From NCBI GenBank assembly GCA_051942205.1, contig JAVECO010000050.1:62001-126000 (forward strand): a stretch of DNA of 64,000 nt. Reading direction: 5' to 3'. Source of the DNA: Coniocarpon cinnabarinum. Lineage: Eukaryota. This document shows positions 1 to 10,689 of the stretch, piece by piece (within the stretch, counting starts at the first letter, position 1; the number at the start of each line of letters is the position of its first letter). The notes below the pieces were generated by a model. The model searched no databases, was not told the origin of the DNA, and saw only the letters and a list, made by a program, of their open reading frames with translations. The position numbers were made by a program, and so were the translations under genes.

Positions 1-1646
1 CGATGGTTCTGTGCCCGAAGTCATGGCTGGTCCACTTCCTGATCCTGACACTGGCCCGGTGCCGCTTGCACTACCCAGGGCCGGATCATTCGGACCTACA
101 CCTCTTGACCCAGTACTGTGCCCTGTCCGATTTTTTTCGAATTCGTGGGCACCTGCCGCCCCCAATCCCGCGGCACCAGTGCCAAGGGCAGCGTCTCGAC
201 CAAGGTGCGAAGAGGTTCCAGAAGGGTGGTTTGCACCTGACCCATAAGGTTCATGCGACCTCGAGGTGGGCATGCCCGTGGTGCCCGCAGCACCACTGGT
301 CGGGTCGTGATGGTGATGGGTGCCCTGACGATATTCTTGCGCACTGTCAGGCACATGAGGATCCAGTCTGTTAGCCGTGGAGATCGAGTGAGGCCCTTCA
401 CCAGCGTGACCGCCGAGTGGAAACGACCGCTCAGTGACTGTCCCACCTATATCTGCATGTGGAGCAGAGCGGTCAGGGAGACCGGAAGAGGTCCCAGTGG
501 TAGATCCACCGTGGTGAGAACCAGTAAGGCCGTGAGGGGTGTGAGATGACGATGTATTGGCAGAATTTGAGACTGTCGAGTGGGAGGTTGCACCTGAAGT
601 AGGGTTCAGCATCGAGCCAGTTCCTGGGCCGCTCGTCGTTGCTGTTGGATTTGGAAGACCGTGATGTCCGCCCGGTCCAGAATGACCGCTGTGTCGAGCA
701 GCTTCGTACGCGGCAGCCCCCACCCCGGCGCCTGTCAGTGCATCCCTACCCTGGTGTGTAGACGTCCCAGACGTAGCGGCCTGGTGCCCGGGTTGCAGTG
801 TTCGATTAGAGAATGCGGGATCTTGAAGACGACTCGCGCTTCCAGCTAGCATTGCGTTAGTTCGAGAGATCATAAAAGCTTTTTTGAATACGTACTCGTG
901 CCCCCCACAGAAGAGGGAACGTGAGTCGATCCAGAACCAGCGGGATTGGACAATGTCGATGTCCCAGTTGGATGACTGGTGCCACTCGTTACTCCGGGTG
1001 CATTCCTGGTGAAATCGGATGGATGCGTCGACCCCATCGGCTCATTGGTCGCTGGATGAGTACCGATGGTGGAAGTTTGCGTGGTGGGATCAGCTGATCC
1101 ATATCCACGTCCACTATTTTAAATGTCAGCAACGAGTATACTTTGCTTCTCATCAGGCGATGATTGCCACCTACGACATCTCAGGCACAGTTGATGCGTG
1201 CTGGCCCACAGGAGCACCACTCGTAGTGCCCCCCAAAGTCTGACCGGATGGCTGCTGTGCGGCAGTCGTTGCTGCCGACTGCGCACCCAAATGTCGAGTG
1301 CTCTCTTCGCGAGGAGTCTCGAAGCCTCCGGGCATGTGGCTAGGGAGTGTCAGTCACGGTCAGAAATGGACATGTCCAATGGTGGAACCCACCCAGAGAT
1401 AGAGCTCGGATCGGCAGGTGTCTGAGAGACGCTGCTGCCGTGGCCGCTTAGATTGCCAGTGGCTGGGTTAGTGGAGCCTGGAGCCGCGGTGGTCGAGGTC
1501 GGGTTGGTTGTAGAGCCTTCCGTCCCATAAAGCTTTTGGTCGTCATCGTTATGACCAGGAGAGCTGGCACATGGTGTTAGCATGAAGACACTCGTCACCA
1601 AATCAGGCTTGTCATTTGCTTACATCATGTTCTTGAGCTTCTCCAT
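1..1646 (-). CDS. Dehydrin-like (DPR-repeat-type) Gly/Ser/Thr/His-rich disordered stress protein, 5' part; runs off the left edge
   Basis: ATG at 1646 (MEKLKNMISPGH). GT-AG introns at 1564-1623, 1340-1392, 1114-1174 and 846-895 keep the frame open to base 1. Motifs GPHSISTANRLDPHV (approx. 352-397), HQGRDALTGAGVGAAAYE and HLGRDAALGTGAAGLG. Absent from the ORF track because there is no stop in the window. Confidence 0.75.
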
Positions 1647-2065
1647 GGCGTGCGATTGGATGAAGACGGTGCCTGGCAGTAAGGACAGAGAACAGAAGAG
1701 GTAGACGGAGAGGTAGGAGTGGATGAGAAGGTAGGTAAGGGAGAGGAGGGGCTCGGAATGGAAACAGAGGAAGAAAGAGCAAAGAGCTGCTGATGAGGGG
1801 AGGATATTAAAGGGAAGCTGGAAGGCAGAGCAGACCAATGTTGGAAGTTGGAGGAGAGGCGAGGCCGTTGGCAAGCGCGTTTGCAGTGGGGACGAGCGTG
1901 ACGAGCTTGGCCTGCTTCAGTGCCTGGCTTTGCACCCTCGAGCCCTTTACGGTGAGGGCGAGGAGTAGCACGTGGCGGTCAGCAGACGCCGATCGAGGCT
2001 CATCGCAGAGAACAAGCGTCAAGCGTGTGCCTAGGTAAGTTTTCGTCGCGCAGTGAATACCTAGT

Positions 2066-2100
2066 GTCAGCGTGCCAGCGTGCCAGCGTGCCAGCGTCAG
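2066..2100. repeat. Short tandem repeat (CGTGCCAG)x3 with degenerate flanks, upstream of the dehydrin-like gene
   Basis: gtcag cgtgccag cgtgccag cgtgccag cgtcag read directly. Confidence 0.85.
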
Positions 2101-2923
2101 GCCTGGCGTCAAGGCGTCAAGCTATCTCCTCCCCTCCGTCGATCTACTGCAGTGCGCGTCAAACCTACCTAAGCTTCCTACCCCGACGTCATCCCATCCC
2201 ACTTTCCCCCCACTTTGCTTGCTTGGCGCCTCCTCCAGCCTCATCCATCTATCCACTCGTGCCTTTTATCTGTGCTGCGCCACAGCCCTTCGAATTAAGC
2301 TTATTCGCCTCGGAGCCTCTTCCCACACCATATGCAGTCACCTTGAACGCCAATGCAAGTTTCACGCTCTCACCTCAGGACCTTGGCCTTGGACCATTTC
2401 GGTGCATGACGTGACTGACCACTGGGTATGGAGCTATGGAGTCTAGGCTCCGTCTTGCGGCTTTTCTTGGAATCCTGCCCGCCTACTCATCCAGTCTAGC
2501 GTAACGGCTCTCGTCCGAATTTTCGCATCATTGGCACGTGGCTGCACTCTCATATCCTGGCAGGGTGGAGCAATGTTTGCGCGTCCATCGTGCATGGTGG
2601 CGAGCCTTGCCGCTGAGTTGTCCATCATCGCACGGAACTTGCAACCCTGTGCTGCATCATTCGCATTCTTCGTTGCGCATCGCGAGACAAGACTACGTTG
2701 CATGTTGACCTTGACAATGAGAAAAACCTGCTGTCACTGCAACGTCGATGAACGCAGATCAGTTCTAAATGCTGTGCATGTATGGCACTCTATTCGAACA
2801 CTCCCTAACCCTATTCTAGACATCTATTGTACGCGTGTGCCACGGTCCCCATTCCCTGTATCCAAGTCGTAAATGCGTTATCATACGGTATGTCGACATG
2901 CTGTGAACGAGCCGCACCTTTCT

Positions 2924-3555
2924 TCACAAGGTCGCCACGGGCATCCTGGAGGTACTGCGGTCCAGTGCCATGCTCAAATCCGAGACCGTGAATGGCTGGT
3001 GGTCATACGCATTTTGATTGGCGTCTCGATGTGGTTTGGCGATTGAGTTTCCACGTGTGTGTACGTGAGAGACACGTCCATCTTTGCTGTGCCGCCGAGA
3101 AGCACCGCCAACTAATTCACTTGTTAGTTTGCCACGTTGAACGGGTAAACATGTTGCATAGCTATCGAGGACATACCGTTTGCGACATCTGCACCGTCAT
3201 CGGCAGTCTCGATTAAACGACTGATGGCAGGGTTGGGCTCTCGTACCGCCCAAGTTGGCTTGTGAACGCTGTTGTTACGGCTCGGCATACGGCTTCCCCC
3301 GGGACTGTAAAGACTGCTCGCACTGTTCACACTTTTTCGCCTCGAGGTACTACCGAATGTGAAGGAGTCCAGCTGCGTCATGGTCTTCTTGTCAGGAGGC
3401 GCTCGATACTTGGGTCGGGGCATTTGCTCTCCCGGCTGATAGATCTTTGGATCTCCGATGCCTCGAGTATCGGTCTTTGACAAAGAGCCTGATGAGTTTG
3501 ATGAGTTTGAGGCTGACCGGGTGAATGCACGCTTCATGCGGGCACGGAAAGGCAT
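2924..3555 (-). CDS. Conserved hypothetical Ser/Arg-rich fungal protein (2 exons)
   Basis: ORF MPFRARMKRAF...IYQPGEQMPRPKYR...RRKS...YSPGGSRMPSR. Intron GTATGT(3176)...CTAAC...TAG. Exon 2 VGGASRRHSKDG...PFTVSDLSMALDRS ends TGA at 2924. Confidence 0.7.
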
Positions 3556-4509
3556 GCTGGCTGGAGACTGGCTTGGCGAGTGGAGGGCCGAACTGTGATG
3601 GAAGAAGCTGGGATCCGGTGACAGAGGACAGCAATGTAGGAGAAAGTGTAGTTTAAATGACGAACTCCCCCTCTACTTCTGGATCACGGCACGAACGGGC
3701 CAAGAAACTGGGGTTCAGCGGGGTTTTGTGGAGAACGGTGATTGTGTAGAGCAGCGAGTGGTGTGAGGTGCCGTATCGTGGACCTATGCCATGGACATTT
3801 CGCGGGAGTAATGGCGCTCAGGGGAGGTTCGAGGTGCAGCGGGTGCTATGGTAGTATACGTCGGGCCATCGCAGAGAGAAGAATGACTGCGTGAAGCAGA
3901 AGGACAGAAGGACAGGCAGCGACTCCTTTTGTTGGGGGAAAGGGTAGGGCGGACGACGATGCGACGCAACCTTACCCTCGTTGGCCCAGGCCTGGCGGAC
4001 GTCAAATCGCCTGCAAAATGCAATGCCAAGATCCGGCCGACTCTTCCGAGAAAGATCGGCGACCCGCGAGTCATGTGACAGGCTTCCAGAAAGCTTCTAG
4101 CGTCGCCTCCCGGTTCCCTCTCCGAGCCGAATGCGCACGCAGCATGTAAGATATGGAGACCTATTTGGCTGGTCATCTGTAGCACCAGCAAGCCTTCCCG
4201 GGCAAGCCTTCAGTCGTAATCTGGAATGTATTCATACACTGTCCTTCGAAGCGCATCGTGCTTCATCACACGATGCAATATGCTAAAGTCTGTACAAAAA
4301 CGCGGGACCCGCCGCCTCTCAAACCCACGTAGCGTGGTTGCGTGCGCATTGCCTCACCCTTCGCATGAAGCTGGGTATCAACTACCGCCTCACGTCATTA
4401 TTACTGTATACACAATCCGACCTAGGCCAAAATCTCCAAGACTTCAGCTTCATCAAAATTCGTGATCGAGCGGAGCCACGGCTGTGCTCCATGTACCACA
4501 GCCCTGGCA

Positions 4510-7500
4510 CTAACCTGGCCGTCCCATTGCTCCGTTCATGCCATTGTTCATGCCGTTGTTCATGCCACCCATGCCGTTCATCATGTTTTGCTGCTGTTGA
4601 TTTTGCTGCTGCTGTTGCATTGCAAGCCGCTGCTGATGCTGCTGTTGCTGCTGCAACTTCATCATGGCCGCGTGCTGTTGTTGCTGCTGGAACGCATTCA
4701 TGCCTTGTAGATTCTGCATATTTTGCATCTGCCCAGGCGGCCGCACGCCTGCTTGCTGCATGTTCTGAAGCCCCTGTCCTGGCATCATCATCCCCGCGCC
4801 AGGCTGTCCAGCGAGCTGCTGAGCACGTTGTGCCACGTTGGCTTGCTGTTTGGTGCGCATAAACTGCTGCCATCTATGTTCGGCATCTGGTGGTAACTGT
4901 CCATTATTCCCCTGTATAAGGCGCTGGAAGAATAGGGTCCTCATCTGCTGCGGGTTCATTTGCTGCGGATTCGGTGGTCGCTGTTGCTGTTGTCCTGGCT
5001 GACCCATTTGATTGATTTGCATTTGCCCGTTGGGGCTTTGGACGTGACCAACACCGTTCGGAAACTGGGCATTGTTGCGATTCATAGTCGTGCCCACGGT
5101 CATTCCATTGGGTGAGCCCGCGGTTGACATGGGCCCTCCAAACTGCTGCGGCATGGACTGTGGAGGACTATGCGGTCTGCCCTGAGCATTTCCCTGTGAC
5201 GCAGCATTGATGTGATTCTGAGCGGCTTGTGCTTGCGCAAGGCTACGCTTGTATTCTTGCACACGCTGTTGAGCAAGTTGAGCATTCTGATGCTGCTGCT
5301 GCTGTTGTGGCGGCATGTTAGGAGTCATTTGCGCCTGCCCGTGACTCTGGGAGACTCCATTCGTTTGAGGAGACATCTGCCCGCTGTAATGACTAGCCGC
5401 AGGTGAAGCTTGCATCTGGCCTGTGTTCTGGCCAGCTTGCCCTTGCATTTGTTGTTGTTGCTGTTGATGACGACGCAGAAAATCTTGATGACGAGCGGCG
5501 AGATGTTGCACATGGGCCATCTGCTGTGGATTGCCAGACTGCCGAGCTGCCAACATCTGAGCTTGGAGTTGGGCGGTCATTTGTTGGAATTGCTGCATCT
5601 GCTGTGCGCCCGCCTGAGGCGTACGCAATTGCTGTTGACCCATGATTGGGGTCTGCTGAACGCCGTTAGGCATTTGATGCTGCTGTGGCTGAGGAGTCAT
5701 GGTTCTCATCTGCGGCGTGGCATTGGGCATTTGTGGTGTGCTGTTTCGACTCATGTTTGCCTGACTGGTTTGCTGACTGACTTGCCGACCCATTGGAGGC
5801 GCCATGCCGGAAGGAGCGGGCATCGCAGACCCTGGTCGCGAAGGAGAACCTGGACCTTGAGTGGACGACGTGGGCGCCATGGTAGTGCCAGGCAAAGAAT
5901 TAGTAAACACGTTTCCAGCAAACGGCGACCCATTTTGAGGCGGTTGAGTTCCCGGAACCGGCGACATGTGAGGCGCTTGAGATGCACCTTGTTGTTGCAT
6001 CATTTGCTGCATCAGGGGGTTTTGCATCGGACTTTGTGCTTGAGCCTGCTGTTGCTGCATCTGTGCTTGACGTTGTGCGGCCGCCTTCTGAGCTTCCAAA
6101 GCACGTTGCTGTCTCAGTTGATGTTCTTGACGCGCATTCATTTCTTGTGACTGACGTCTCTTATCCTCGTCCGAACGCTGCTGCTGAGTTTTATTGTGCT
6201 GCAACACTGCTTCTTCCTGCTTCTTGCGTTTCTCTTCTTCCTCATGATTACGCCTAATGTCCTCAAGCTTCTTGAATCGCGACCAGTCGGGCTGAAAGTC
6301 TTGCACCTTGCCATCGCCGACCAGTGAGGGCTTGATCCGTTCGTCCATGATAAGAGCAATGCGCTCCTCCTCCGTGGCTTGTGCCTCGTCGGCAGCAAGC
6401 TCTGCGGTTGTTCTCTTGCGGGTTTGCTTGTGGATGGGTCTCTGGTCATGTAACGGATCCCTCAACAGGTCCATCATTGCCTGGGATTCAGCGAAATCAC
6501 GCGCCGGTTCCAAAAGCAAGGAAGGATACTGTGCTTTCAGGATCTCGCCCTCAAAGTAGTGAACGACTCCCTCCTCTAGACACATGCGTTGCCGTTTCGC
6601 ACCTTTGCTCGCATATGGAGTCGGCGCAGAGGCCGACGTTGGCGTTGGCGGAATCGCTGAAAGAGGCGTTGGCCGTTCGTGCCCGGACGCTGACGTTTGG
6701 CGTCGATTGCCTCCCTTGGGATCGACCATGGGTGTCCGAGTCAATAAGCTGATCTCACGATGCCTTGTAAGTTCAGTCGGATGTAGGACAACAGTGAAGA
6801 CTCGAGGCTTGCTGGCCTTCTTCGCCGGCTTCTCTGGTGCAGGCATGCTGCCTGACACCAGAGGGTTGTTTTCTTTGGAACTCGTCGGTCGAGATGCGGG
6901 ATCTCTGTCGATAGGAATGGGCGCATACGGAGATGGGGTAATGAATCGATTGGTGTTGTCATGCAAAGAAAAAGGCTTCGCCACTCCCAAGTCACCACTC
7001 TTGATTGAGGAGTCCCGATTTTCCGATGTGCTAGCTTTATGGTCATGCACTTCGACAATAAGGCAGCCGTCATAGAACGTAACACTGGCTTGCAATAGCT
7101 CCTCGATCAAATCGTGGGGCACCGTGCGGGCTTTCAGATTTTCGATGATTATTCTCATTTCAGAATTGTAACTGAATGTGCCATCCTGCTGATCGAATCG
7201 GAAATAGGTTGGATGCAAGTGGAGAATCAGGGAGGGTGGTTTGCCGCGGAATTTTCGCAAAATGTAAGCCGCATCTTTCACGTATGGCTCTTTGAGTTTC
7301 TGACTCGACTGTTCTACTTCGAGATGTTTGTCGTGAAGTTTGGGCTGAGAGGGTCGCTGGCGGGGTTTCGATCGAGAGGGAGCTCCGTTGACAGTCACAC
7401 CGCCGCTGGCGTGTCTGGCATGGGTAGCAGATGCTGGTGCGGGTTTCGAGCTTTGACTTGGGGAGGCAGTAGAGAGTCCGGTGTCGGCCGAGGCGTTCGG

Positions 7501-7569
7501 AGGGGGCAAGGGACGGGACATTGAAGGCGCGTCGGAAGTTGAGCGCACCGCCGTCGTCGTCGTGGCCAT
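4510..7569 (-). CDS. SPT20: SAGA complex subunit Spt20 with long Q/M/N/G-rich low-complexity tail
   Basis: 1019-aa ORF. YILRKFRGKPPSLILHLHPTYFRFDQQDGTFSYNSEM...FYDGCLIVEVHDH resembles the Spt20 family domain. PolyQ tracts in the C-terminal half. Confidence 0.88.
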   Translation of the reverse strand: MATTTTAVRSTSDAPSMSRPLPPPNASADTGLSTASPSQSSKPAPASATHARHASGGVTVNGAPSRSKPRQRPSQPKLHDKHLEVEQSSQKLKEPYVKDAAYILRKFRGKPPSLILHLHPTYFRFDQQDGTFSYNSEMRIIIENLKARTVPHDLIEELLQASVTFYDGCLIVEVHDHKASTSENRDSSIKSGDLGVAKPFSLHDNTNRFITPSPYAPIPIDRDPASRPTSSKENNPLVSGSMPAPEKPAKKASKPRVFTVVLHPTELTRHREISLLTRTPMVDPKGGNRRQTSASGHERPTPLSAIPPTPTSASAPTPYASKGAKRQRMCLEEGVVHYFEGEILKAQYPSLLLEPARDFAESQAMMDLLRDPLHDQRPIHKQTRKRTTAELAADEAQATEEERIALIMDERIKPSLVGDGKVQDFQPDWSRFKKLEDIRRNHEEEEKRKKQEEAVLQHNKTQQQRSDEDKRRQSQEMNARQEHQLRQQRALEAQKAAAQRQAQMQQQQAQAQSPMQNPLMQQMMQQQGASQAPHMSPVPGTQPPQNGSPFAGNVFTNSLPGTTMAPTSSTQGPGSPSRPGSAMPAPSGMAPPMGRQVSQQTSQANMSRNSTPQMPNATPQMRTMTPQPQQHQMPNGVQQTPIMGQQQLRTPQAGAQQMQQFQQMTAQLQAQMLAARQSGNPQQMAHVQHLAARHQDFLRRHQQQQQQMQGQAGQNTGQMQASPAASHYSGQMSPQTNGVSQSHGQAQMTPNMPPQQQQQHQNAQLAQQRVQEYKRSLAQAQAAQNHINAASQGNAQGRPHSPPQSMPQQFGGPMSTAGSPNGMTVGTTMNRNNAQFPNGVGHVQSPNGQMQINQMGQPGQQQQRPPNPQQMNPQQMRTLFFQRLIQGNNGQLPPDAEHRWQQFMRTKQQANVAQRAQQLAGQPGAGMMMPGQGLQNMQQAGVRPPGQMQNMQNLQGMNAFQQQQQHAAMMKLQQQQQHQQRLAMQQQQQNQQQQNMMNGMGGMNNGMNNGMNGAMGRPG

Positions 7570-8117
7570 ATATACAGAATATCACATTGGATAGCGGGGG
7601 AAGGTGGGCGATCGTCAATGCGACTTGCAGGAGGGCCCTAGGGTCAGCGCCCGCGCGGAGAGCGCAAGCTCACCCCGCCTTTGATGGTTCTCACAGGAGT
7701 CGCATTCTAGGCTTGTGTGACCTCGTCGCAGTTCCTTGGGTCGATCGCTAGAGAGACGGTGCTTTTTCCGGTGTCGATAGAGATGATTTGATTGCGAGCG
7801 TAGGCGTCGAGTTTGTGTGAGAGTACTTGTCATTATACGGGTTGTCGTTGCTCACACGGCCCCATAAGGCGTGCCAAGACTTTTGCGACCTTGACTCATT
7901 CACCTCGGCCATTGAGCTTGGGGAGGTATTCCAGTGAGAATCAGATGCGCTTTGGATGCGCGTATTCGCTTTCTGAGACAGAGTTGGCTCCGGCTGGCAT
8001 AGCTTGGATCTTTCAGTCGTTGACGCTTGGCTACGTAACGTTGAAGAAATAAAGTGTAATTACAGACGGGTTCTTTCCAGCTCACCTGTTCTGCCACCTA
8101 CCATACAGCTTTCGGCC

Positions 8118-9872
8118 ATGCCTCTTTGGCAAGACATTGCAACACAAAAGCAGGCTCAGCGCGATGCTTTACTTCCCAAAGAATGGCGCTTGGCCGAGCT
8201 TCCTGGACCAGACGTCTTGGATGTCACGAGCATTCCCGCCCGTAGCGGGATCTTGAATGCGGACGAGGTTGCTATTACCGAAAACTTTGACGCTGTTGCC
8301 CTTGCCGAGTTGATCCGTAAACGAAAGCTCAGTGCTTACGCTGTCACCCTTGCTTTTTGCAAACGGGCTGCTATCGCGCAGCAGTTGACAAATTGTCTGA
8401 CAGAGATATGCTTTACAAGCGCGCTGAACCGCGCAAAAGCTCTTGACCATCACCTTGAACGCTATGGCGAACCGGTAGGACCTCTGCACGGAGTGCCAAT
8501 TAGCCTAAAAGATGGCTTCAGACTGCCTAATTTCGACGCCACAATAGGCTTTGCCGCATTTGCCAACAAGCCCTCCACTTTCCCAAGCCCGTTAGTGACG
8601 ATCTTACTAGAGGCTGGCGCAGTATTTTATTGCAAAACAAACGTTCCGCAGACTTTGATGGCACTGGATAGCGAGAATAATGTGTGGGGAAGGACGCTCA
8701 ATCCGTTGAATCGCAAGGTGACGGCAGGAGGAAGTAGTGGTGGCGAAGGGGCACTCCTCGGCATAAAAGGCAGTGTACTTGGTGTAGGTACTGATATCGG
8801 CGGGAGTATTCGAATACCATCGTATTGCAATGGAATCTACGGAATCATGCCGAGCGCCAACCGCGTCCCATATACTGGACAGGCTGAACCAGGTGCTCCT
8901 GGAGGTTCGCACATAGGTCTGAAAAGCCGGGCCGGGCCTATGGCTCGTAGCTTGCGAGACTGTGAGTTGTTCCTTCGGACTGTAGCTGCGAGTAGACCCT
9001 GGCTGAGGGATTCTAATATCATTCCGGGCTATTGGGATGCAATGGAAGTCCTCGGGGACAACGGTACACCAGCGCAAGCTCCTGCCCCATCACGAGGCCT
9101 TACCTTTGGTGTGCTGATGACCGACAACTTGATGACCCCGTTGCCACCAATACGTAATATATTGCTGGAAGTCAAGGAAAAGCTTGAACGAGCAGGTCAC
9201 GCCGTGCACGTCTTATCAACACCGCCCATGTTTGCGAAGCTCCAATCCTTGTCGAACGCAAACCTCGCGATTAACGGGTCAGAACATGGTTTCAAAATCA
9301 TGGCAGAAACGGGCGAGCCTCAGAGCACCTGGCTGGCATCCAGAGTCAAATCGAAGCCACCCAAATCAATAGAAGAAGCAAGGGAGATTCTGTTCAAGAC
9401 TGAGCAGGTGAGTACGGAGTTGCTGAAGCAACTGTGGAGCGCCAGTACACCTCAAGGTAAGCAGGAGGTTGATGCCATCATCTGCCCAGTCGCGCCGCAC
9501 CCAGTGGCCGGGATTGACAAATGGGGAGGAGTGAGCTACACAATCGATTGGGTGCTGCTTGACTGTTGTGGAGGACACGTGCCCGTGCGGAAGTTCACGC
9601 ATGAAGATGCGAAATTGGAATTCAATGAGAACGAGAAGGAAATCCTGGGACCCTGGGATCGCTACAATCGGGGACTGTGGGATCAATCCGAACGAGAGGT
9701 TTACCTTGGGAGTCCGCTGGGAGTGCAAGTGGTGGCACCGAAGCTGCAGGAGAAGCGACTGTACCGAGCGATGGATGCTGTAGACAAGGCTGTTCGGGGG
9801 GAGAAGTGGACAGGAAGCGTAGAACAACAGGCAGCGGACACAATGGCAGGAATGGGGGGAGCCAAGCTGTGA
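8118..9872 (+). CDS. Amidase-signature family enzyme (acetamidase/general amidase-like), C-terminal PTS1 AKL
   Basis: GPLHGVPISLKD (catalytic Lys), AGGSSGGEGAL and GTDIGGSIRIP (Ser-cisSer-Lys triad). First ATG at 8118 (MPLWQDIA). Intronless. Confidence 0.92.
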   Translation: MPLWQDIATQKQAQRDALLPKEWRLAELPGPDVLDVTSIPARSGILNADEVAITENFDAVALAELIRKRKLSAYAVTLAFCKRAAIAQQLTNCLTEICFTSALNRAKALDHHLERYGEPVGPLHGVPISLKDGFRLPNFDATIGFAAFANKPSTFPSPLVTILLEAGAVFYCKTNVPQTLMALDSENNVWGRTLNPLNRKVTAGGSSGGEGALLGIKGSVLGVGTDIGGSIRIPSYCNGIYGIMPSANRVPYTGQAEPGAPGGSHIGLKSRAGPMARSLRDCELFLRTVAASRPWLRDSNIIPGYWDAMEVLGDNGTPAQAPAPSRGLTFGVLMTDNLMTPLPPIRNILLEVKEKLERAGHAVHVLSTPPMFAKLQSLSNANLAINGSEHGFKIMAETGEPQSTWLASRVKSKPPKSIEEAREILFKTEQVSTELLKQLWSASTPQGKQEVDAIICPVAPHPVAGIDKWGGVSYTIDWVLLDCCGGHVPVRKFTHEDAKLEFNENEKEILGPWDRYNRGLWDQSEREVYLGSPLGVQVVAPKLQEKRLYRAMDAVDKAVRGEKWTGSVEQQAADTMAGMGGAKL

Positions 9873-10689
9873 GTGTAGGTCTGGGGGTTAGCATACCACA
9901 AGGAATGATACGGAGCACATGTCCATGTGAGCGGTCTGACGGTGCTCGTGTTACCTCGAGATGCTGCTCGACATACTCTGTGTGGGAGTCAAGGCCGAGA
10001 AGGGAGAGTATCAAGTGCTGGGTTGTCTCATGGCGCGACGTGATGGCGTGACAAAGAGAAGCTCGAGCAGAGCGCAATGGAGCTCCGTTCGCGCTGAGGG
10101 CTCAGGCGCCTTCTTGGCATTCCTGGCGGCGGCGGGCAGCCCCTGACGCGCCCCACCGGCCCGTGAGCGCCAAGCGTCGCGCGTCCCACACCCGCGGAGC
10201 GGCTAGCGTGGACTGAAAGTCTGGAGGGCACCGGCCAGAGAAGCTCCTGGATCGCGCATCCTGGCACCTTGGCTGCGACGCGGCCGAACGTCATCAGGTA
10301 CCCAATTCGATATCGCTCCAGCTGCGCGCTCCAGTCTTCAACGCTTTTTGCCGTCGCCATCGCCATCGCCTCGTCGCTTCTCCGCAATTCTCATAGTCAC
10401 ACTCCTCTCCCCCTGCCTCTATCTCTCAGCAGCGCTTGGCCACGTCTGCAATGATAAGACAGACTGCGCCCTTCGCCGTCTGACCCGGCCTCGTTTCTCT
10501 TTCGCCGTTGCACAATACCCAAGCCGGCGTGGCCGCTCCTTACCATTGAGGGCCTCTTAGTCAACATAAGTGCTGCTCCTTTTGGGTGCCTCAGCGGCCC
10601 TTGAACTCTTTTCTGTCGGGGCCAGAGGCTTTCCCACGCCTTAGAAGCCTCTTCTGCACTTCCAATCAACCCTCACAAATTCCGCAAGC

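Noticed and set aside
4400..4514. GTTAGT donor overlapping the SPT20 stop codon
   Set aside because: No convincing branch point and acceptor downstream, so the unspliced stop was kept.
4382..7618. Many long antisense or alternate-frame ORFs over SPT20 (poly-L and poly-A peptides)
   Set aside because: They are shadows of CAG/CAA-rich polyQ coding sequence.
8004..8117. N-terminal extension of the amidase in the ORF track
   Set aside because: It starts at TTG (bacterial-style call). The first ATG is 8118.
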